The translations under genes were made by a program, and so were the position numbers. From contig CBDFLD010000016.1 in NCBI GenBank assembly GCA_965249005.1, forward strand, positions 342,264 to 406,263: a stretch of DNA of 64,000 nucleotides, read 5' to 3'. Of this stretch, positions 26,770 through 35,835 are shown one piece after another. Source of the stretch: Acidobacteriota bacterium. Its GTDB lineage: Bacteria; Acidobacteriota; UBA6911. Position 1 is the stretch's first letter. The number at the start of each line of letters is the position of its first letter. Under the pieces are notes generated by a model. It was not told where the DNA came from. It ran no database searches and saw only the letters and a list, made by a program, of their open reading frames with translations.

Positions 26770-27456
26770 ATGAATATTCTCAATCGCGAAACGGTCCTGA
26801 AGCGCTGCTCAGAGCTGCGTATCCGCCTCGATCCAGGCAACCGCCTTCAAATATCGAACGACCGTCATCGGATCGAATGTCGGGGACAGGGACTTTCGAT
26901 CCTCGAGGTCTTCGCTCACCCGACGAGCGTCGGCGAGGCGATCCAGAAGCTGGGCACGAACCTCCCGGGTAGCCAGGCATTCGTAGACCTTGTCAACATG
27001 ATCATGGAGCTCCACCAGGCCGGAATCCTGGAATCGATCGATGGACGAACTTCGCCCCCGGATCCCGAGCCCGCCGGATTTGGCGCACCGCAGATCCACG
27101 TCCAGATGCTCAACGACCGGGAGCGAACTGCCAAGTACATCCAAGCCATCCGCGAGGTTGTCCGAGAAGGCGATGTCGTGGTCGAGATCGGCACCGGCAC
27201 GGGAGTGCTATCGGTGGCAGCAGCCCAAGCGGGCGCACGGCATGTCTATACAATTGAGGAAACCGGGATCGCAGATGGTGCGGAAGCCGTATTTGCGGCA
27301 AACAATCTGCAGAATCAGATTACGCTGGTACGCGGAAGATCCACCCAGGTACAGATACCCGAACGAGCGGATGTCCTGGTCAGTGAGGTAATCGGAAACG
27401 AGCCTCTGGCTGAAAAGGTCGTCCAGTATACACTGGATGCGCGCACTAGGCCTTAG
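26770..27456 (+). pseudogene. 5' part of an RRE-like/PRMT-like (protein arginine methyltransferase fold) methyltransferase gene, interrupted by an IS1380-like insertion
   Basis: The ATG lies 5 nt after the B1 stop. The N-terminal ~90 aa are PqqD/RRE-like (LRIRLDPGNRLQISNDRHRIECRGQGLSILEVFAHPTSVGEAIQKL). Motif I is VVVEIGTGTGVLSVAAAQAGARHVYTIEE, and the double-E loop is VLVSEVIGNEP. The ORF ends ...DARTRP* exactly where the IS begins. Confidence 0.7.
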
Positions 27457-29302
27457 TCCAGCGTGATTTTTTGCATGAGGAGGAAGAAAAGCCCTGGAAC
27501 GTGCGCCGTTACGGGATAAAATGCGTTTGATATATTTACAAGACATCCCGAAAGGAGCACATTCCAGGTGAATAAAAGAAACCACAGAATCCTCCTCCGA
27601 GACAAGCAAAATCTTACACGCCGGTTGGAAAGAAATCAGTTTGAGGACCGGTCCGATCCTATGTTCAAGGACTCCAACACCTACTACGAGATCGCCGAGA
27701 GAACGCGCGCCATCGGATCTGGTGGTATCGGAGCCATTCACAAGCTCGTGTGTAAGCTTGGATTGGACAAAGATATCAACAGAAACATCGTTTTGCTCAA
27801 GTACCACTTTCCTTACTGGGAATCCGATCATGTACTGAACATCGCATACAACGTCTTGTCGGGTGGAACCTGTCTCGAAGATATCGAGCGGTTGCGCCAG
27901 GATGAGACCTACATGAACGGACTGGGAGCCGAGAGGATTCCGGATCCCACGACGGCTGGAGATTTCCTCCGTCGTTTCGATGAGGATTGGATCTTCGGAC
28001 TTCAGGAAACCATCAATGAAACCCGAACCAAGGTGTGGAAGTTGCAGGATGCTTCCTTCCGGAAGGAGGCCATCATCGACGTGGACGGGACCGTCGCCGG
28101 AACCTTGGGGGAATGCAAGGAAGGAATGGACATTGCCTACAACGGGATCTGGGGTTACGCACCGTTGATCGTGACCTTGGCCAATACGAATGAGGTCCTC
28201 TATCTGATGAATCGGCCGGGCAACCGTCCCTCTTCCGACGGAGCGGCCGAGTGGATGGACCGGGCAATCGATCTGGTGTCGTCGGTGTTTACGAAGGTCT
28301 GGCTTCGGGGCGACACGGATTTCTCGCTGACGAGAAACTTCGATCGCTGGGACGAGCGGGTTGGTTTTGTCTTTGGTTATGACGCCAAGCCGAACCTGGT
28401 CGGGATGGCCGATGCCCTGCCGGAGAGACAATGGAAACCGCTCGAGCGGCCTCCTCGTTATGAGGTCAAGAGCGAAGAACGGCGCCGTCCGGAAAACGTC
28501 AAAGAACAAGTAATCAAGGAGAGAGAATTCAAGAACATCCGCCTGCAGAGCGAGCAGGTCGCCGAGTTTGACTATCGTCCCGGACACTGTAAGAAAACCT
28601 ATCGCATGGTTGTGGTTCGGAAGAACCTCACGATCGAAAAGGGGGAGCACCGGCTGTTTGATGAGGTCCGGTACTTCTTCTACATCACCAACGATCGGGA
28701 GATGACGATGGGAGAAGTGGTCCTTTTTGCCAACGATCGCTGCAACCAGGAAAACGTCATCGGTCAGCTCAAGAGTGGAGTGAACGCCTTGAGGATGCCT
28801 TCGGACAGTCTGGTATCGAACTGGGCCTACATGGTCATCGCATCGCTGGCGTGGAATCTGAAGGCCTGGTATGGCCTGGTGACGCAGGCGCCGACAGTAC
28901 GTCGTGATATCTTGAGGATGGAGTTCAAACGCTTCCTGGTGAACTTTGTGCAAATACCCTGTCAGATTGTAAGAACCGGTCGTCGCCTCGTTTACAGGAT
29001 ATTGGCCTATAGCAAGCATCTCGAAACCTTTTTGGCGACGTTCGACTATATCAGGCAACTCAGGTTTACTTGAAGGCGCCTCGCCGGCGGGTGAGCCCGT
29101 ACCCCCGGCGGAGCAAGAGTGGCGGGCGAAAGGAAGGGCATAACAGAGACAAACAAGATCAAGTGATCCAGACAACCAATGGAAGGTTTGTCTCTTGTGT
29201 TTCTCTTTGCTTTCCCTGTTACGCACAAGGAGCTGAAATCCACGAGATATTCGGAAAAGGCAAACGATTTTCCGAGCGAGCTCATACCTCGCTTATTTTG
29301 GG
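27451..29302 (+). mobile_element. IS1380-like (IS4-superfamily DDE) insertion sequence, about 1.85 kb, inserted into the methyltransferase gene
   Basis: It is flanked by the 6-bp direct repeat ACTAGG (27445-27450 and 29303-29308). Deleting 27451-29308 joins the two methyltransferase fragments in frame. The imperfect terminal inverted repeats start CC (ccttagtccagcg / RC cccaaaataagcg). It contains a single 501-aa transposase ORF. Confidence 0.7.
27568..29073 (+). CDS. IS1380-family DDE transposase (full length)
   Basis: 501 aa. The blocks are DVDGTVAGTLGECKEGMDIAYNGIWGYAPLIV (D...E..YNG.....PL) and the C-terminal NDRCNQENVIGQLKSGVNALRMPSDSLVSNWAYMVIASLAWNL, as in IS1380-type transposases. 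Confidence 0.8.
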   Translation: MNKRNHRILLRDKQNLTRRLERNQFEDRSDPMFKDSNTYYEIAERTRAIGSGGIGAIHKLVCKLGLDKDINRNIVLLKYHFPYWESDHVLNIAYNVLSGGTCLEDIERLRQDETYMNGLGAERIPDPTTAGDFLRRFDEDWIFGLQETINETRTKVWKLQDASFRKEAIIDVDGTVAGTLGECKEGMDIAYNGIWGYAPLIVTLANTNEVLYLMNRPGNRPSSDGAAEWMDRAIDLVSSVFTKVWLRGDTDFSLTRNFDRWDERVGFVFGYDAKPNLVGMADALPERQWKPLERPPRYEVKSEERRRPENVKEQVIKEREFKNIRLQSEQVAEFDYRPGHCKKTYRMVVVRKNLTIEKGEHRLFDEVRYFFYITNDREMTMGEVVLFANDRCNQENVIGQLKSGVNALRMPSDSLVSNWAYMVIASLAWNLKAWYGLVTQAPTVRRDILRMEFKRFLVNFVQIPCQIVRTGRRLVYRILAYSKHLETFLATFDYIRQLRFT

Positions 29303-29836
29303 ACTAGGTTCCTCAGAGACAATGCAAGGTTTGTGCCCAATCGGCTGGACGTTTATGGTTTGCCCGTCGTCGTGACCGAGGAGCAGCTGGCGAGGCACCT
29401 GTTCACGGAGACAACAGCAAAGCAGTGGCAGGATTGGTACGGAATAAGATTCCAGCCACTCACAGAACTCTCCCGAAATTCGCCTCATCCATGTTTCATT
29501 CGGCCACGGGACGCACGCCGATGGCAGAGCCTGAGTGCGCCAATCTTGTTGTCGAGCTATGACCTGGCGGAGACAGCGACTCCAGTCGTCCAGAACTCCG
29601 CCGGCAGCGTTGCCACCGCGCAGGGAGAGTGCAACGGATTGCTCGTGTTCTTCGAAGTACAGCTCGGACCTACAACCCGTCTCTCGACTCACCCGGAACA
29701 CGCCGGGGAAGCCAGTTCGTGGTATTCGCCCCTCTGGACTTTACCCGAGCCCATCTCACTTCACAGAGGAGATCGATTCGAAGTCCTCTACAAACATGAC
29801 GGCGACATGGGCCGTGTATGGGTTCGACGTTCCTAG
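29303..29836 (+). pseudogene. 3' part of the interrupted PRMT-like methyltransferase (C-terminal beta-barrel with THW-like loop)
   Basis: Read in frame from the right-hand ACTAGG: TRFLRDNARFVPNRLDVYGLPVV...SWYSPLWTLPEPISLHRGDRFEV. This parallels PRMT ...[21 protein letters not shown]...[22 protein letters not shown]. Confidence 0.7.
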
Positions 29837-29856
29837 ACACATTGTGCGGGCACTAG

Positions 29857-31059
29857 GTGAGAAACGCGATCTTGCAACCTGAACAAGACGTCCTGCTCTG
29901 CTGCGCACGCAGTGCGCTCGATACGGGGAGCCGATTACGGCTCGCGAGTCTGCTCCGAAATGTAGTGGATTGGGATTATCTATTTCGCACCTCGCAGCGT
30001 CACGGTCTACTTCTATTGCTCCACAAGCATTTGATCGCCTGCGGAAGCACTGCGATTCCACCATCAGTCCTGCAGCGGATCAAAGACCACTTCCACCGAA
30101 ATGCGGCGCGCAACCTTCACATGACAGCCGAGCTATGTCGCGTCTTGGACTACCTGGAAGGCCACGGCGTCAGTGCCCTTCCATGGAAGGGTCCGGCACT
30201 GTCCGCATCCCTGTACGAAGACCTGACCGCACGGCAATATGACGACCTGGACGTACTGATTCGGGTCGAGGAGGTACCACGCGCTTTGCAACTGCTCCAA
30301 CGAATCGGATATCAGCCCCAATTCAGCCTCGGCGGCGCAGAAGAAGAAGCCTATCTCAGATCCAAATGCGAGTACGCGCTGGTGGAGCCACAAAAAGCCG
30401 TGGTTCTGGAAATACACTGGAGGATCGTTCCCAGGTACTTTTCCATCGATCTGGACATCGCTCCCCTCTGGGAACGGACGGACGCAATCACCCTGGGGAA
30501 CTCCAGAGTCCAGACACTCAAGAATGAAGATCTGATGATTCTTCTTGCAATTCACGGCGCATCGCACCTCTGGGATCGAGTTGGCTGGATCTGCGATCTC
30601 TCCGAGCTCCTTGCCCCGGCACACTCGTTGGACTGGGACTGGATTCTAAGGGAAACGAAGCGTCTCGGCTGCCGGCGGATCTTGATGTTGGGACTGAATC
30701 TGGCCAGTCAACTGCTAGGACAACAAATTCCGGACCAAATCGAAGGACATGTTCAGGAGCGATCGGCGACCCGGCTTGCCGAGACCGCCCGGCGTCGTCT
30801 TTTTCGAGACCACTGGGAGCAGCCCGGAATCGTCGAAGTCAACTATTTCCTGGTTCGGTCTCGCGAGCGATGGATGGATCGGGTCTTGTTCTGTATCCGC
30901 CTTGCGACGACAACCTCACCCGAAGACTGGGCCTTCTTGCGGCTCCCGAGGCTCTTGTTCCCCCTCTATGTTTTCGTTCGCCCCTTTCGATTGTGCATCA
31001 AATACTTTTCTTCCTACTGGCGGCAATCCGGATGGGGAACGGACGGTTCGAATGCGTGA
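29857..31059 (+). CDS. NTP_transf_5-type nucleotidyltransferase, an accessory enzyme associated with the lasso cluster
   Basis: 400 aa. VLLCCARSALDTGSRLRLASLLRNVVDWDYLFRTSQRHGLLLLLHKHL...LPWKGPALSASLYEDLTARQYDDLDVLI matches the 'uncharacterised nucleotidyltransferase' family that recurs in lasso BGCs. The stop overlaps the ABC exporter start. Confidence 0.7.
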   Translation: MRNAILQPEQDVLLCCARSALDTGSRLRLASLLRNVVDWDYLFRTSQRHGLLLLLHKHLIACGSTAIPPSVLQRIKDHFHRNAARNLHMTAELCRVLDYLEGHGVSALPWKGPALSASLYEDLTARQYDDLDVLIRVEEVPRALQLLQRIGYQPQFSLGGAEEEAYLRSKCEYALVEPQKAVVLEIHWRIVPRYFSIDLDIAPLWERTDAITLGNSRVQTLKNEDLMILLAIHGASHLWDRVGWICDLSELLAPAHSLDWDWILRETKRLGCRRILMLGLNLASQLLGQQIPDQIEGHVQERSATRLAETARRRLFRDHWEQPGIVEVNYFLVRSRERWMDRVLFCIRLATTTSPEDWAFLRLPRLLFPLYVFVRPFRLCIKYFSSYWRQSGWGTDGSNA

Positions 31060-33013
31060 TCCTCTCTTCGAGAAATATCTTACAGCAGTCGTCGAGATCC
31101 TATCATGGAAGGTGGTGCTCGCCGTCGTATTGATGGGCCTCGTGAGTCTGAGCGAAGGTATAGGCCTCATGCTGCTGATTCCCTTACTGCAGCAGACCGG
31201 ACTCGACGTCTACCAGGGATCCCTGGGGACGGTTGCGCGTTTCTTATCGAGGGCTTTCGAATTCGTGCATCTCGAAGCTCGCTTGCCAACCGTGCTGGGC
31301 TTCTACTTGACGGTCGCGGTCTTGATCGGCTGTCTATCTCGATGGGAATCCATACTCAAGTTTCAACTGGTTTACCGTTTTGTCTCTGCCTTGCGCCTCC
31401 GCCTCTATGACGCCGTTGGCCGAACCAGCTGGGAGTTCTTTGCGCGATTGCGGTCGTCCTCCATCGCGCACGTACTGACCACCGAAGTGGAACGAGTCGG
31501 AGCCGCCACTTTTCATTTGATGCAACTCGTCTCGCTGGCAGCCATTTCCCTGACGTACATCGGTTTTGCCTTTGCGCTATCCTGGGGCATGACCGCAGTG
31601 GTTTTTGTTGCCGGGATTCTCCTGCTATTGGCCCAGAGACGACAGCTTGTCGTCGCACGAGCCGCCGGCAGGGACACGTCCGAGGAAACCAGGGGGCTTT
31701 TCGCCGCGATTTCGGAGCATTTGAGCGGCATGAAGACCGCGAGGTGTCATGGTCTTGATCTCCAGCTGGCTGAGTCCTTTTCAGCGCAGACCTCGAAGGT
31801 GAAGGTAGCATCCCTCCGTTCGGTCTTCAATCAAGCAGATACCAAGTTCCGGTTGGATCTTGGACACACCTTGATTCTGGGTGCAATCCTTTACGCCTCC
31901 ATCGAACTGGTCCAAATTGCAGCCGCGGAAGTCCTTCTGCTGCTATACCTTTACGCACGCCTTATGCCCAGACTGTCCGGAGTTCTTCAAAGCTACCAAG
32001 GCTTTATGAATCTGTTGCCAGCATACGCCGCCGTTTCAGAGCTGGAGGAAGAATGTGTCGCAGCCCCCGTGGTTCGAACGAGTCACGCCCAAGATATCGA
32101 GCTCAGAGAGGGAATTCACTTAAAGGGAGTATCGTTCCAGCATGATCGCCCCGTGCTCGAAGATCTGACCCTGTCCGTCGAGGCAGGCCGAGTGACTGCC
32201 ATCGTGGGACCCTCGGGAGCGGGTAAGAGTACCATTGCCGAGCTCGTAATCGGATTGATCCAACCGCATCGCGGTTCCGTATGGGTCGACAATACCCCTC
32301 TTGCCCCCGAACACTTGTCGAGTTGGCGAAGGCAGATCGGCTATGTTTCCCAGGACGGCTTCCTGTTTCACGATACCGTCCGCGCAAACCTGCTGTGGGC
32401 CAATCCACAGGCTACAGCCGAACAAATCAAGCGTGCGCTGTGCATGGCCTCGGCAGGATTCGTGGAACGACTACCGGAGCGGTTGGACACCATCGTCGGC
32501 GACCGCGGAATCCTACTCTCTGCCGGGGAAAAACAGCGCCTCGCGATAGCGCGTGCCTTGATCCGTGAGCCCTCACTCCTGATCTTGGACGAGGCAACCA
32601 GCCAGCTGGACTCCGAAAACGAAGAGAACGTCCTGAACGCCATGGACCAGCTCCGAGGTTACACAACGATATTGACCATCGGACACCGTCCCAGCACAGT
32701 GCACAGAGCCGACACGATCCATATCCTGGATGCCGGCACCATCATAGAGTCCGGCCCATGGAATGAGCTGACAAAACGGGTTGGTGGCCGCTTCCCGATC
32801 CTCTCCTTGGCCCACGGAGTGGAGGCGGATCTAGACGGCCAAGCGCCACCCGCGCGCAGCGCTTCGGAGATCGAAGGCCACGGTTCAGGACACGGGCCGC
32901 TGACCGGCACTTCCGTTTCGCGACGCCTCGACCCAGTCGCGAATTCCAATGAGGGCCACCGGGATAACGACGGGAAAGGCCAGAAACAGGGTTCGGCCGG
33001 GATTGCCCCATAG
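31052..33013 (+). CDS. ABC exporter (fused TMD-NBD, McjD-like lasso peptide export/immunity protein D)
   Basis: It has six transmembrane helices. Walker A is GPSGAGKST, the signature motif is LSAGEKQRLAIARAL, Walker B is LLILDEAT and the H-loop is TIGHR. The last ~60 aa (a Gly/His-rich tail) may be read-through, because a convergent membrane-protein gene overlaps it. Confidence 0.8.
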   Translation: MRDPLFEKYLTAVVEILSWKVVLAVVLMGLVSLSEGIGLMLLIPLLQQTGLDVYQGSLGTVARFLSRAFEFVHLEARLPTVLGFYLTVAVLIGCLSRWESILKFQLVYRFVSALRLRLYDAVGRTSWEFFARLRSSSIAHVLTTEVERVGAATFHLMQLVSLAAISLTYIGFAFALSWGMTAVVFVAGILLLLAQRRQLVVARAAGRDTSEETRGLFAAISEHLSGMKTARCHGLDLQLAESFSAQTSKVKVASLRSVFNQADTKFRLDLGHTLILGAILYASIELVQIAAAEVLLLLYLYARLMPRLSGVLQSYQGFMNLLPAYAAVSELEEECVAAPVVRTSHAQDIELREGIHLKGVSFQHDRPVLEDLTLSVEAGRVTAIVGPSGAGKSTIAELVIGLIQPHRGSVWVDNTPLAPEHLSSWRRQIGYVSQDGFLFHDTVRANLLWANPQATAEQIKRALCMASAGFVERLPERLDTIVGDRGILLSAGEKQRLAIARALIREPSLLILDEATSQLDSENEENVLNAMDQLRGYTTILTIGHRPSTVHRADTIHILDAGTIIESGPWNELTKRVGGRFPILSLAHGVEADLDGQAPPARSASEIEGHGSGHGPLTGTSVSRRLDPVANSNEGHRDNDGKGQKQGSAGIAP

Positions 33014-33907
33014 GAAGATGACAGACAAGGCCAGAATCACGAGGAGCCAGAGCCAGTTCTTCAAGATCGTCGGCTTTTCGCTGAAAACGATGGCATACAG
33101 AGCAGGAAACCAGAAAAAACCAAATGAGGAGAACCAATCCAGAGCACCGTTGGGTGTCAACATCGATCGGATCTGAGAGAACGCCTGCCCTACCAACGAC
33201 AAATTGAAGAACGTGTCTTCCGAAAAGGGATCGATGACAAAACGGTAGAACAGATAGAGGATCGTTGCGGGAAGGAGCCACACCGAATAGAGCCATTTTC
33301 GCCGAAAGGAAAGCTCGGAGAGCCACAGCAGAGGCCAAAGGAACAGAGCCGTCTCCTTCATCACGAGTCCGACGGCAAAGCAGCCGACCAGGAGCCATGG
33401 GCGGTCCTTCAGGATAGCCAAGGCGCCGAGAAGCAAAAAAAGGAAAGCCGACGGATCCACCATGGGCGCACCCCCCTGCTGGAGTACGACACGACTCGTC
33501 AGGAATATGGTCACGCCGAGCAGAGAAAGCCAGGGAGCCTCAAAGAAGTGAGAAAGGTAGATAAAGAAAACGACGCCCGCCGACGTTAAAAATAATAGGT
33601 TGACGAGGGCAAAATGAATATGAGCACGAACAAACCGTGTGGGTTCTCGCCGCAGAAGACGCTCGATGGAGTCCGGCACCAGCTGAGCCAGCCAAATCGT
33701 GCCCATTCTATATCGTCTCTGGTTCTCAACAGACTCGCCGTAGTAAAGGCTCACATAATCCCTGGCGTCGGAAAGCCCCCCCAGGTTGTCGACGCTGAGG
33801 GTGTTTATGCTCACAAGGACGGTCGAAAGGCTGATATTGAAAGCGAAAACGGCGGCGACAGTGAGCAGGGTCCCTTTCGAGCTCAGCGATCTACGGGATA
33901 TCTTCAT
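32885..33907 (-). CDS. hypothetical polytopic integral membrane protein
   Basis: About 340 aa from MKISRRSLSS, with at least 8 hydrophobic helices and no recognisable catalytic motif. It is convergent with the ABC exporter. Confidence 0.4.
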   Translation of the reverse strand: MKISRRSLSSKGTLLTVAAVFAFNISLSTVLVSINTLSVDNLGGLSDARDYVSLYYGESVENQRRYRMGTIWLAQLVPDSIERLLRREPTRFVRAHIHFALVNLLFLTSAGVVFFIYLSHFFEAPWLSLLGVTIFLTSRVVLQQGGAPMVDPSAFLFLLLGALAILKDRPWLLVGCFAVGLVMKETALFLWPLLWLSELSFRRKWLYSVWLLPATILYLFYRFVIDPFSEDTFFNLSLVGQAFSQIRSMLTPNGALDWFSSFGFFWFPALYAIVFSEKPTILKNWLWLLVILALSVIFLWGNPGRTLFLAFPVVIPVALIGIRDWVEASRNGSAGQRPVS

Positions 33908-33958
33908 AGCGGCATCCTCGCGCTTGGAATGAGGATCGATCCGCAGGGATCGAAGCCA

Positions 33959-35782
33959 ATGACAATATACAAGATCCGGGGTCATCGAGAGAAACTGCTT
34001 TTCCCCATAGCCCGAACACCCCGCGCGAAACTTGCTCGCCGAATAGCAAGATGGATCACGGCGACGTCGGCCGCTGCAACCTTAATGGCTCCGGTTTTAC
34101 CCTCGGCACCCGCAACCCAAGACATCCAAGAAACGCGCCACCGGATTTCGGCCGTGCAGGACGATCAAGTATGGATTGAAGGTGGGTTGCTCGACGGATT
34201 GCGAGAAGGAATGGAGGGCTCCGTATTCTACGAAATACTTGTCTTGGGAAAGAAGAAAAGGATTGTGCCTGCGCAGGTTCAACTCATCCGCGTCGAGGAT
34301 GGACAATCGATCGGTCGCTTGATCGAAACAACGGGAATAGCCAACGTCGGATACCATACCGCCTTCCGCCCTGAGCCGGTTCATGAACTCTTGCCGCTCT
34401 TTCTCGCTCGGGCCACGCGAGCCCTCGAGGCGCGAGAGTACAGGCTGGCCCGTCGCTTCTACTCCCGGATTCTAGAAGCACTTCCAAACGATCCCTACGC
34501 CACCCAAATGATGCAACAAACCCGCGTGCATCTGGAAGAAGAGGCAGCACTGGCCCGGGAGCGAAGAAACGCCCAGTATTACAAACAGGTGGCGCGATCG
34601 TTTTTGGCCTCCAGCAACAGCGACTCCGTCGTGCTGGCCTTGCAGTATCTCGACAAGGTGATTGCGGTGTTACCTGAGGATGCCGAGGCCATACGAATGT
34701 CCCAAGAAGCGCAGGCACTCTTGCGGGATCTTGGCGGCAACACAGCCGAGTCCTCCCCGGGAAATCCACAGATCGAGATCACCGCGGGTCACGAGACCCC
34801 AGATGCCTCGACGATGGGAGCAGCACTCCCCGGTCATCCTCCCGACAAACAGAGTGTGCCGCGCGGAGAACAGACGTTGGGAGCATCCATCCTGGGCGTG
34901 CATACGCTAGCTGATGACAAGACGACCTCCGTCATGCAGAGACAGGCACACACCGGGACCGCGCAGCCGGCCGGCAGGCAAGCAGCGGAAACCCCTTCGG
35001 AAACAGAATTCGACCAAGGGTTGACGACGGAAGTGTCAGCTGCGGCCAAAGAGGGAAGTCGCGAGACGTCCCCGGAAGGGATGGTCTTCATCGACGCTGG
35101 AGACACTCCGATAGGCACGGATCTGAAATCGACTCCGTTCTACAATGAAACCCCACGACAGACGATGTGGCTCGATGCCTTCTACATCGATCGCAACGAG
35201 GTCACAAACGAAGAATACAAGAAGTTTTGCGATGATACGCGTCGAACGCAGCCATCTTACTTTGTCACCGGTAGCTATCCAGCGGGTGCCGCTAAGCTTC
35301 CGGTAGTGATGGTTAGCTGGGTCGATGCAGTCGCGTACGCGCACTGGGTGGGGAAAAGGCTCCCCTCGGAGTTCGAATGGGAAAAGGCCGCAAGCGGCAC
35401 CGAAGGCAGGCGCTGGCCCTGGGGAAGCACCTGGAATCCAACCCGACCGAATACCAGAGAGACCGGTGACCGGGTCCGGGAGGTCGGATCCCGTCCGGGC
35501 GACACGAGCCTGTACGGCTTGACGGATATGGCCGGAAATGTCTCAGAATGGACGGCGGATTCGTACCTACCCTACCCCGGCAATTCGCATCACGAGGAAG
35601 AATATGGCGAAAAATTCAGAGTCTTGCGAGGGGGGTCCGTCAATGTGAGCAAGGAATTTGCTCGTTGTCAATTCCGGGCCCGCCTGCCCGAAGGTTTTCG
35701 CTCCCGCGATCTGGGTTTCCGCTGTGCGCTTTCTGCCACGACCGGAACCACCGAAGCGAAAGACCTGGCTAAGTATCCCTGA
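33959..35782 (+). CDS. FGE-sulfatase/SUMF1-domain protein (formylglycine-generating enzyme superfamily) with an N-terminal TPR-like region
   Basis: The C-terminal ~260 aa read WLDAFYIDRNEVTNEEYKKF...WVGKRLPSEFEWEKAA...GNVSEWTAD...RVLRGGS, which are FGE-domain hallmarks. The likely start is MTIYKIRG at 33959; the ORF is open from 33614. Confidence 0.65.
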   Translation: MTIYKIRGHREKLLFPIARTPRAKLARRIARWITATSAAATLMAPVLPSAPATQDIQETRHRISAVQDDQVWIEGGLLDGLREGMEGSVFYEILVLGKKKRIVPAQVQLIRVEDGQSIGRLIETTGIANVGYHTAFRPEPVHELLPLFLARATRALEAREYRLARRFYSRILEALPNDPYATQMMQQTRVHLEEEAALARERRNAQYYKQVARSFLASSNSDSVVLALQYLDKVIAVLPEDAEAIRMSQEAQALLRDLGGNTAESSPGNPQIEITAGHETPDASTMGAALPGHPPDKQSVPRGEQTLGASILGVHTLADDKTTSVMQRQAHTGTAQPAGRQAAETPSETEFDQGLTTEVSAAAKEGSRETSPEGMVFIDAGDTPIGTDLKSTPFYNETPRQTMWLDAFYIDRNEVTNEEYKKFCDDTRRTQPSYFVTGSYPAGAAKLPVVMVSWVDAVAYAHWVGKRLPSEFEWEKAASGTEGRRWPWGSTWNPTRPNTRETGDRVREVGSRPGDTSLYGLTDMAGNVSEWTADSYLPYPGNSHHEEEYGEKFRVLRGGSVNVSKEFARCQFRARLPEGFRSRDLGFRCALSATTGTTEAKDLAKYP

Positions 35783-35835
35783 CTACCAAGAAACGCTACC
35801 TAAAGTTCTGCAGCATTTTAGTCGATCGAGGAGTT

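Noticed and set aside
27208-29226. A 672-aa minus-strand ORF spanning the whole IS1380-like element
   Set aside because: It is exactly antisense to a transposase ORF with strong family motifs. It has a low-complexity Arg/Pro/Gly-rich composition typical of GC-shadow ORFs, and it would span the insertion junction.
30749-31051. The N-terminal 100-aa extension of the ABC exporter ORF as given in the track
   Set aside because: It overlaps the nucleotidyltransferase in another frame and is Pro/Gly/Ser-rich. The ATG at 31052 (MRDPLFEKYL...) sits right at the nucleotidyltransferase stop and gives a normal exporter N-terminus.
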